Source of the DNA: Callorhinchus milii
Taxonomy: Eukaryota
Assembly (NCBI RefSeq): GCF_018977255.1
Contig: NW_024704742.1
Coordinates: forward strand, 38,256,001-38,320,000
DNA length: 64,000 bases
Direction: 5' to 3'
The translations under genes were made by a program, and so were the position numbers. Every line of letters starts with the position of its first letter. Position 1 is the first letter of the stretch. This document shows, piece by piece, positions 51,165 through 60,837 of this stretch. Below the pieces are notes generated by a model that was not told the origin of the DNA, did not search any database, and was given only the letters and a program-made list of their open reading frames with translations.

Positions 51165-51966
51165 GCAGTTACTTAAAGAGCCCGAGTCTGAAAGGCTGGG
51201 GTTGTGACGTCCCTTTCTTGTTTAAATTGGAAACATGTTTAAAACTTTCATGGGTTGTCCTGATTGCTGGAACAGCAAATACTTTAACAGTCTATTGTTT
51301 GGCTTCATTCCTCTAGCACTTCGAAAGTAATCTGTTGCATATTATATATCTGCAATATCCTGTCTCAGATAATGATTTTGTTAAGCAACAATATTCATCT
51401 GCCAAGAGTTACAGACTCCGTGGCATGTGAAAAAAAAGCTGAACCTCAGCCCTTTTTACTAGTAACGGAAATAATAATCCTTGCATTTGATATAGCGCCT
51501 TATCAAGTCACTGAGATGTCTCAAAGCGCTTCACAAAACATATTGTAAAGTGAATTGACTGTGTATTTTGTGGGCGAAATGCTACAGCCAATTGCGTACA
51601 TCAGTGTCCAACAAACAGTCCTATTTTTTTTTCTACTTTCTGTAGGAAATCAAATGCAAAGCAGTGAATCCTAAATCTATGAGAAATTCATGTGCTATTC
51701 CTCATTTGGGTAGTTTGTTGTTGTAGTTTTCCATTGAAAGAACTGTCTGAGAAGCTTGCTGTTATTTGTTCAGGTAGGAACTACCTGTTAGGGCTTTGGT
51801 TTGCAGGGTTAATGGGAGGTGGGTGGGGGAAATCCTTGCCTCCAGTGAAGGTGACTGGACCAGATCAAAAGTGCAAATTGACCTTCAATTGGCTTTCTGT
51901 CTAGTAACCTTGATATTTTGTTACTTTTATTTCTAGGTTTGTATTCACAGCTGTGCATCAAACAAA

Positions 51967-52072
51967 ATGGCTCAACAAAGTAATGTTGTAATAGTAAACC
52001 AGCCTATGCTTAGAAGCTCCCAAACAGAGTGGAACTCTAGCCTCCTGAACTGCTGCGATGATGTTGGAATAT
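51967..52072 (+). CDS. PLAC8: PLAC8/onzin-like protein copy C, first coding exon
   Basis: Acceptor ttttatttctAG ends at 51936; ATG at 51967 in context aaaATGG. MAQQSNVVIVNQPMLRSSQTEWNSSLLNCCDDVGI plus 1 nt, then GTAAGT at 52073. Confidence 0.93.
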
Positions 52073-54299
52073 GTAAGTAAAGGTTAAAAAGTTGTACATG
52101 GCAATTATTGACTATCTTCCAGAGCAAAATCAGACCTTGGCTGGGATAAGGGATAATGAAGCTTGACTTGAGTTTAAGGTTTACTTTTCTGTTGATTAAA
52201 AGTAATTGAAAATCTTGATAATTTTAATTATTAATTCCTCCAGATCACATAACAATTAGTACTCCTCACCTAAGGTAACACCACTCAAGTGTTTTATAAG
52301 GGTGCAGTAGGATGCCACACAAGGGAAAGGGGAGAAGGCAAAAGGAGAAGGTGGCTGAAGGCACTTGCGAAGAGGGAGGGTTTGAGTGGAATTTGAACAC
52401 AGAAAGACATAAAGAGAGGGTGAGACAGAAGGGTTGCCATATTACAAGTAGAATATTGAATCAGTGGAGGAAATGAGGCAATAAAGAAAGAATGGTCAGG
52501 TTAGAGCCTCTTACTCCTGACAACAGCCATTTGAGAGGGACCTGATCGAGGTGTTTGTAATTATGACAGGGTTTGATAAAGTTAGAATTTTTAACAGATC
52601 AACTAATAACCATGTGTAATACTTGTCATTCAACAAAGCTAAAATATTCTTAAGCAATTAAAATGAAAGCACACAACCTAATACACCAGGTATAATAAAA
52701 GTAATACAGTAGTTTGCTCTTGTCCTATTTACTCAAAACACCTTGGTCCTGAGGAATCACTGCACGACAGTTGTTTCCTGTGCTAGAAGAAAAATGTTTC
52801 CCCTAGTCACCTCTATGAAGCATTTTGACAGGTCCTCCCGCATGAAAGGTGCTATACACAATAAACTCCTGAAAACTCAATCCTGGCTTAACTTGTCAAA
52901 ATGTTGTCTATATCCCAGCAGCATTTATCTCCGTATTTATACACATGCCTAACTCACCACTTCAGATCACTCGTCACTGAGCCCTTTTCCCTTGGAGTGA
53001 CAAGTTATCAGAGTTTACTGAAGATGTAAAATGCTGTTGTGCACAGGTGCAAAGTTTGTGCATACACGAGGTTGCTAGGGATATTCTGGCTCTGGCTACA
53101 TCCAAGTACTGCCAAACTTGCCCAAATGCAAGGATTATTATATCTGGTCAACTTCAAACATACAACACAAATTTATAGTTGTATACAGCTCTTCACGTCA
53201 GGAGCATGTCCCAAGCGCTTAACAATTGAGGCTTGGCTTCTGAATTGGGGGTAGGAGCCAATCGAGTGGAGAGGCGAAGGATGACCGAAAACATGATTAA
53301 TAAGATAGGGCTTAAGATGGGCCTAATCAACATATTGCATGGCAACAGGATTTTTTTTGCCAGAAAAGAAGGTAAGTCTTTATACTTTTGCACTTTAATA
53401 TCAGAGATAGAGGAAGTGAAAGAGAATATTAGAGAGATTCGGAGAGAGTGAGACAGACATAGCTAGAGAGGAAAAGCCTGTGAGGGAGAGAGAGAAATAA
53501 AGGAATGTGATAGAAATAATCAGAAAGATAATGACAGAAAGAGAAAGAGAGAAAGAAAGAGTAGGACTGACACAGTGTGGTACTTTATTGACAGTATAGG
53601 TCCAGACGGAACTTTTTTTAAAGTTAGCATTGTGGCCAATTTATTCTTTGCAGATTATACACTGTCTGCTTATCTGCAAAAAGGCCAATCCCAATTAGTA
53701 CTGATCAGGGCAAGATTAAGGGATCGGGGCGGACCCTAAAACAGATTTGGGGGCCCTTTGAACTATGCACACAAAATATGCAACAATATCTTTTAAAATG
53801 CTTTCTTGTGTGACTTCATAGTTGCAAACATGTCATCTACATGATCAGAACTTAGTGCATGTGTCAAATCACACTCGATATACAAGGATTGCGCGTGCAT
53901 TCAATCTATCCTGGATCATTGTAGATCTGAGTGAGTTTTTGATGAGACTCATCTTTAAGAACGAGAGTTCACCTTCACAGACTGTTACTGGTTATGTTAA
54001 GAATGTACAAAGAACAACAGCCACGTTTGGAAATGCTGATTCCACCAAGTGATTCTGTGTCTTATTCTTCAGCATGTCATGCGGAATCTTCTCACACTTA
54101 TCATGTGATATGAAGTCCAGAAAGTGCACAAATTTATCAACACTACATTAAAATGTTTTTTCAGCACCACTAAGATAAGCTCTATTGCTGCTGACATGGC
54201 TCCTGCTCGCCACGCTGCCTCTAACCTCCCACCTGGTATAGACTGTAACTATTTTATTCTTACCTCAAATATTACAACACTCAAACTGTAAAACCCACA

Positions 54300-57185
54300 C
54301 CAGTTGTCCTCCCAATATCCCTTTTCGTACTTTCTGGCCTTCTTTCTTTGGTTCCCAGTTAATTGTCTGTTTCCTCTTAAATGATTATCCAATAACTTTC
54401 CCCTTTTTATTTTGTTTTCTCCTTTTTTTTCCTTCTGTGACTTAGTCCTGTTCAGTCAATTTTTGAGATTGTGTTACTATTCTTTTGGACCTGGTGGTTT
54501 TTGATGTTTCTACCACCCCTTGATCTTCCTTCTGCTCTTTACCTTCCTCCACCCTTCTTTGCCAGACCTCCCATGCTGTTCTTCTATACATTTTTCCCCT
54601 TCCATCTTTAATCCAATATGACGTTGGGTTTTTATCCTTTTACAACATTTCTCTTTTGTCCAATCCTCCATTGTAGGTCTCTCTTTCTGAACCACATTAT
54701 TTCCTCTTTTGTGAAAGTTTTCTCTCTTGGTTCATTCTGTGGTTTCTTTCCATATCTGTGCTGTTCCTGAGACCACAATTTTGTTTCTTAATAAGTTTCT
54801 CAACCGTTGTGATGATAGTATTTCTGCCTGAAACTGTCCCTTGTCCTCTTATCACTGTGTTCTATAAGCTAGTGGTGTTTGTCTGCCTTCTGAGTTGTCT
54901 GCCTTCTTCCATATTCTTTACAGTTTGTATGACCCATTCCACCATGTCATTGCTCTGGAGATAACATAATATGTAGGAGCAGGAGTAGGCCATTTGGCCC
55001 TTCGAGCCTGCCCCACCATTCAATCATGGCTGATCTTCTAATCTAACTCCAGCTAATAACCTGACCCTGCCTTATCCCCATATCCCTTAATTCCTTTTGC
55101 AATAAGAAATCTATCTATCTCAGTCTTGAATATGTTCAAGGACTGAGCGTCAACAGCCCTTTGCAGTAGCGAGTTCCATACATTCACCACCCTTTGAGGG
55201 AAGAAGTTCTTCCTCAACTCAGTGCGAAAGGGCTGGCCTCTGATTTTAAGGTTGTGACCCCTGGTTTTAGTTTCTCCAACCAGGGGAAACAATCTCCCAC
55301 TATCTACTCTATCATGCCCTTTGATGATCTTATAGGTTTCTATATGATCCCCTCTAATTCTTCTATATTCTAGAGAATATCGGCCCAAATTGGTCAGCAT
55401 ATCCTCGTAACTCATCCCCTTCATCCCTGGTAGTAACCTGGTAAATCTACGCTGCACCCCTCCAAGGCAAGTACATCCTTCCTTAAATAAGGAGACCAAA
55501 ACTGCACACAGTATTCCAGGTGTGGTCTCACCAGGGTCCTATACAGTTGCAGAAGACTTCCCTACTCTTATACTCTAATCCTTTCATAATGAATGCTAAC
55601 ATACCGTTCGCCTTCCTAATTGCTGCTGCACCTGCAGACTAACTTTCTGTGATTGGTGTACAAGGACACCCAAGTCCCTCTGGACGCTAACACATTCCAA
55701 TCCCTCCCCTTCTATAAAATAACCCGATCTACTGTTTTTGCTACCTAGGTGGATGATTTTGCACTTCCCTACATTATACTTCATCTGCCACCTACCTGCC
55801 CAATCACCTAACCTATCTATGTCTCGCTGCATTTTTTTAATGTGGTCCTCTGTGTTGACACTTCCTCCTAGTTTTGTGTCATCCGCGAATTTAGATATAT
55901 TAACTTCGATGTCCTCATCATGATCGTTGATGTAGATGGTAAATAGCTGAGGCCCAAGGACTGATCCTTGTGGCACTCCACTAGTCACATCCCGCCAATC
56001 TGAAAAGGACCCGTTTATCCCTACTCTTTGTTTCCTACCCGTTAACCATTCCCCAATCCACGTTAATATGCTCCCCCCAATTCCATGGGCCCTTTTGGAC
56101 TAACCTTTTATGCGGAACCTTATCGAATGCCTTCTGGAAGTCCAAATAGACCACATCCACTGATTCACCCTTATCTAGTTTACTGGAAATATCCTCAAAA
56201 AGCTCTATGAGATTTGTCAAACATGACTTCCCTTTTGTAAAGCCATGTTGACTTGGCCTAATTATATTGTGCTTCCCTAAATAGCGCATTACCACATCCT
56301 TAACCAACGATTCTAAAATGCTTCCTATCCCTGATGTGAGACTAACTGGCCTATAGTTCCCCATCTTTTCCTTTCCACCTTTTTTAAATAGTGCTGTGAC
56401 ACTTGTGATCTTCCAATCCATAGGGACTGTTTCAGAATCCAAGGAATTTTGGAAGATCAGACATAAGGCCTCCACTATCTCATAAGTTACCTCTTTATAA
56501 CCCTGGGATGCAAGCCATCCGGACCAGGGGATTTGTCACTTTTTAGTGCTAACAGTTTCTCTAGCACCAATTCTCTACAAATGAAAATTTCCCTAAGTTG
56601 CTAACTGTCCTTATCCCCTTGGTGCATCTCTATTGTTAATAGAGATACCTCAGGGAAGGTATTTTATGTTCTATTTCCCACTGCCCCGTGAATGTCTTGA
56701 TTGCATGCTCATAATTTGTGGCTCATTATCACTAATTATTTCCCTTGGTATTCCATGCTGAGCAAACGTTGCCTTGGTCTTGTTTACTATGGTTTTGGAT
56801 GTTGGGTCATTCAACTTTGTGCACTCACTCTATCTCGATGTATAATCTACTGTTATGAGGTCCTGTTTGCCATTATAATAAAACAAATCTGTTCATACCT
56901 TGGTCCAAGCTTTACTTGGTTCGTCATACCACATCATTACTTTGTGCCTTACCCAGTTTTGATATTTTGCACATGTTTCGCTCTTGTCAATGTAGTCCTC
57001 TATCTGCTTATTGATGCCTGGCAAAGCATTACTTCTCTAGTTATTCTTTTTGCCTTTTCTATTCCCCAATGTCCTTCATGTACATTCTTTCAGTATTATT
57101 GTTCAATCCCCTCAGTAACCGAAAACTTTTTGCTGGTATACTTCATGTCTATAGTCTCATATTGGATACTTCAGCCTTGATGCTG
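54300..57185 (-). mobile_element. Decayed Ty3/Gypsy LTR-retrotransposon integrase, split by a CR1
   Basis: Manual minus-strand translation across frameshifts: HEGHWGIEKAKR...PGINKQIEDYIDKSETCAKYQ...TDLFYYNGKQDLITVDY...FAQHGIPREIISDNEPQ...WEIEHK..LRYL|QSNDMVEWVIQTVKNM, i.e. HHCC and DDE core remnants. The lower boundary is approximate. Confidence 0.8.
54964..56641 (-). mobile_element. CR1 LINE RT and 3' tail, 5'-truncated
   Basis: ORFs 56035..56475, 55596..55988 ([28 protein letters not shown]) and 55053..55499; GAGATA duplicated at 54958-54963 and 56642-56647. Confidence 0.94.
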
Positions 57186-57256
57186 CTAATCGTCCCTCTC
57201 CTGTGAAAAAAATGGGAAAGATTTTTCACCTTTTCTTTTGAACTCTCTGTTTCCAG

Positions 57257-57381
57257 GTTTCTGTGGTTTGCTCTGTCCGTGTTGGTTAAGCTGTCAAATT
57301 ACAAATGACCTGCACGAGTGTTGCTGCTGTGGAACCTCGGTAGCTATGAGAACTCTCATCAGAACAAAGTACAACATCCAA
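57257..57381 (+). CDS. PLAC8: PLAC8/onzin-like protein copy C, second coding exon (125 nt)
   Basis: (C)FCGLLCPCWLSCQITNDLHECCCCGTSVAMRTLIRTKYNIQ between canonical AG and GT. Confidence 0.95.
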
Positions 57382-57703
57382 GTAAGTTGCCAGATATTAC
57401 TGTCACATTGAAGTCATTTCAGAAGAGAGAGTGTAACCATGTGTCCCAGCATCTGATACAGACAAGGGCAGATTTACCAGCCACTCCATCTGGATAATGG
57501 TGATGTGGAGCGTTGGGTCAGAACTGATCTTTACCATTACAAACTGTGTACAATTTCATCAATTGCTTTTAACAGTAAAAGCTATTTCTATACATTTTAG
57601 ATAATGGTCTTAAGACTATATGCAGGTTGTATTTTAGACTTCAGATAACTGAGAAACGTTTGGCCAACATTCAAGCTTCTCCACCAGAGTATTTCCCATA
57701 CTC

Positions 57704-58178
57704 AGTGTGTCAGCCTGGCTTAATTCATAGCTCCCTCGCTTCTGAGTCAGAAGGTTTTGGTTCCAATTCCTGCATTGGGACTTTAAACTGTTAGTCTAGG
57801 TTGACACTCCAGTGCTGTGCTGGGGTAATACTGCATTGTCAGAGATACTGCTTATCGGATGAGATATTAAAGTGAGGTTAAGCGCTCTGACACGCTACCC
57901 TGCATGGAGGGTGCTATATAAGTGCAAGTTGTTGTTGTTGAGGTACCATCTGCCTGTTCAGGTAGACGTTAAAAACCCGTAGCACTATTCGAAAAGAAAA
58001 GTTTCTCTTGGTATCTTGGCCAAAAGTCCCCCAAATAAAAATTGCTCATTCACTGTATTGTTTGTGGAACACTTCTGTATGCAAATTGCCTGCCGCGTTT
58101 GTCTACAAATATATAGTCACTGTACTTTAAAGTGTGAAATGGTTTGAGACATTTTGGTGATGCCATAAGGCTCTATAT
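57704..58178 (+). mobile_element. DeuSINE with a small L2-tail insert (about 57880-57940)
   Basis: Head gtgtcagcctggct...ctgagtcagaagg; Deu domain cggatgagatattaaa...aggtagacgttaaaaacccgtagcactattcg. Confidence 0.8.
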
Positions 58179-58508
58179 GTGGAGTCCTGTAGCTTAGTGA
58201 TGAGGGCGCTCACTTCGCAAACAAGACGACTCGGGTTCAAATTCCCAGGCAGGGCAAAATGTTAGGCAAGCTTCCTTACTCCACATGCTTCCGCTTACCT
58301 ATGTAGGAACCTGGTTGTTGGTCGATTGGTGAATTGTTTTCCGGGGGTAATATTCCCTCAAAAAAAAGTGTGGTCACTCAATCCACAATTGTTTGTGAGA
58401 CACTGCTGTGCGTAATCGGCTCCTGCATGTCGCTCACAAAATATACAGTCAATTCCCTTTACTATATATTCTGGGAAGCACTTTGAGATGTCAAATGCAA
58501 GGATTACT
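58179..58508 (+). mobile_element. tRNA-head SINE, long variant, abutting the exon-4 acceptor of copy C
   Basis: Head gtggagtcctgtagc; tail caaatgcaaggatta ends about 27 nt before the exon. Confidence 0.88.
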
Positions 58509-58533
58509 AATTTACCCTTCTGTGGTTTTTTAG

Positions 58534-58623
58534 GGATCCATCTGCAATGACTACTGTGCAACAATGTTTTGCCTGCAATGTTCCCTCTGCCAATTGAAAA
58601 GAGAAATAAAGCATCAAATGTGA
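58534..58623 (+). CDS. PLAC8: PLAC8/onzin-like protein copy C, last coding exon
   Basis: GSICNDYCATMFCLQCSLCQLKREIKHQM*. Spliced product is 106 aa with 16 Cys. Donor ATG|GTAAGT at 58663 lies 39 nt after the stop. Confidence 0.93.
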   Translation, partial: GSICNDYCATMFCLQCSLCQLKREIKHQM

Positions 58624-58719
58624 GGAGACCAGATGTTTTAAAGCTGTATTGTAACTGGAATGGTAAGTGGAAGAAACCATCTGCTTTTCAAGGGAGTTTA
58701 TTTGGCTGTTCCTACATAG

Positions 58720-59335
58720 AATTATATAACTGTACAGCACAGAAGGAATTATAGAATTCTAAGGCATGTGCCCTTTGCAAGAGCTATCCAAATTAATCCC
58801 CCTCCCCAGCTCTCTGCCCATAGCCTTGCAAATTTGTCATCCCCAAATATCTGTCCACTTCTCTCTTGAAAGTTGTTATCAAATCTGCTTCCACCACCCT
58901 TTCAGGCAGTGCAACCCAGATACGAACAATTCGCTGTGTGAAAAAATTTCTCCTCGTCTCTGATTCTTTCAACAATTATCTTAAATCTGTGTCCTCTGGT
59001 TAACAGTTAACAGTGGAAATAGTTTCTCCCTGTTCACTCTATCAAGTCCCCTCATAATTTTGAATACCTCTATTAAGTCTCCCCTTAACCTTCCGTGCTC
59101 CAAGGAGAACGGTCCTGGCTTCTCTAGTCTTTCCACATAACTCATTCCTGGTACCATTCTGGTAAATCTCCTTTGTACCCTCTCCAAGGCCTTGACATCT
59201 TGCCTAAAGTGTGGTGCCCATAATTGAATACAGTACTCTAGCTGAGGCCTAACCAATGTTTTATAAAGGTTCATCATAACTTGTGTATTCTATGCCCTTA
59301 TTTATAAAGCCAAGGATCCCGTATGTGACATCTTT
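58720..59335 (-). mobile_element. CR1 LINE 3' portion
   Basis: LYKTLVRPQLEYCIQLWAPH...RLRGDLIEVFKIM and RRNFFTQRIVRIW. Confidence 0.9.
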
Positions 59336-60020
59336 TCTAAAATCCCCTGAAGCACTTTGAGATGTCTCAATGACATGATAAGATACTATATAAAATGCCA
59401 AGATTATTATTATCTTGATGTGAACAATAAATAATAATCCTGCCACATGCTATGTGCCTGACTAGGAGCATTTACCTATTGGAGCTTTACCTCATGTTTA
59501 CAAGACAAGCTTGTTCTCTGCTATCCTGATCAAATGCTGATCAGACATCAAGTCCTGGGTGAGTCTGAACTGCCTTTAGCTAAATGTCAACAAAATAGGC
59601 TTAATGATCACTGTGAGAGCCCAGTTACCTCTGTAAGGAATACCATTACCAGTTGGTCAGTTGACCTTTCGAAGAGGAACAAAAGAGTGACAGCAGAGTT
59701 GACATCGTGGGAGGACAGGGTCAGTTCTCAGGGTCAACCTGCTGCATCCCACGACCTCTGACTCATGTTCATTCCTTTCGCTTCAGCAAAGACCCTTCAT
59801 GAGGGTCAGGTGGCTTTTGATACATATTGATCAATACTTTAGCACGAGTCATTTATTTAAGAAAGTTGAGAGATAAAAACATTTACATTCTGTTCCAGTG
59901 CGTTGCAGCCGCCCCTAAACGATACTTCAATATGTCCAATTTATTTCACTAATCATCTTTATTCATTTGAAGGTCTAACATTTGAATTGATGACTAACAA
60001 GTGGCTTATTTGCTTTGCAG

Positions 60021-60830
60021 CAAATACATTGATTGATGGATCGTGACATCAGCCTTCAAAGATCATGGAAATAAAACAAATTGAAAATAAATTCACGATA
60101 TGATAATGTCAACATCTACCACCATGAATATCGGTGTTTGGTTCCCTTGCAGAAAATCTGACAAATTCCACTTTCTCCTAGGTCCCAACTTCCCTCAATA
60201 TCATGTACCCCGCCCCCTCTGCTCTGCCCCAGCCCCTCCGACCCAACCCCTCCGCTCCACGCCCTCTACTCTGCCCTGCCCCCTCTGCTCCACCCCACCC
60301 CCTCTGCTCTTCGCCCTGTCCTCCCCGCCCGGCCGCTCCGCCCCTCCCCCTCCACCCCCCACCCCCTGCCCCCAGCCAATATGGTTGCCAAGCAGGTAGG
60401 TGACTTCTTCTTTAGATTCCTTCCCATGAAGCTCTTAAAATATACACAGTGCAACACAAAGTCTCTTCCCTCTGATCTTGTTTAATCCTGCATAAAGTGA
60501 GTAGATGAGTGAGAGCAATGCACTGTTCAAATGCACTGGGCTGCTCATTGCTTTCAAAACTTCAAGTAAACACAGCTTCCTCAAAGACGTAGTTATAATA
60601 TCATATGTCCTTTACATATGTAGGTACAATAGATATTTTTGGTATTTTTTGTCGGTTTCGGTTTTGTGGTAGAAAAAAAGAATTTTATAAGAACTAAGAA
60701 CTTTTATACTATGTTTAATGAGAATGTACACCTTGCTGGGCTAGGTATAAGTCTATGTTTATGCCTTTGACTATCTTCTGTTGTACTTTGTGGTTCATTT
60801 CGAAATAAATTTTATACTAGACCATCAGCT
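60021..60830 (+). other. PLAC8 copy C putative terminal 3'-UTR exon
   Basis: Acceptor tttgctttgcAG ends at 60020. Shares aaagat(c/t)atgga..taaa(a)caaattgaaaat with copy B at 33188-33217. AATAAA at 60070 and 60804. Confidence 0.5.
60210..60375. repeat. C-rich low-complexity tract (G-rich on the minus strand)
   Basis: Runs of ccc separated by short spacers (ctctgc(t/c)c units). Confidence 0.8.
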
Positions 60831-60837
60831 TAATTCC

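Noticed and set aside
53706..53765. CAGGGC...GGGGCCC hAT-like terminus
   Set aside because: A single short degenerate end with no partner TIR or TSD identified.
56701..57180. 159-aa hydrophobic plus-strand ORF just upstream of exon 3 of copy C
   Set aside because: It is the antisense frame of the decayed Gypsy integrase, with no recognisable domain.
3505..58508. Recurrent near-identical repeats with palindromic tails as a possible CRISPR-like or regularly spaced array
   Set aside because: Spacing is irregular, both strands are used, and the units are about 300-400 bp with TSDs. These are ordinary retroposon copies in a vertebrate genome, with no cas-like ORFs.
60100..60457. Pro-rich ORFs and G-quadruplex potential
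   Set aside because: Low-complexity C-rich tract. The G-rich strand is antisense to the putative UTR, and the tract is absent from the other two paralogs.
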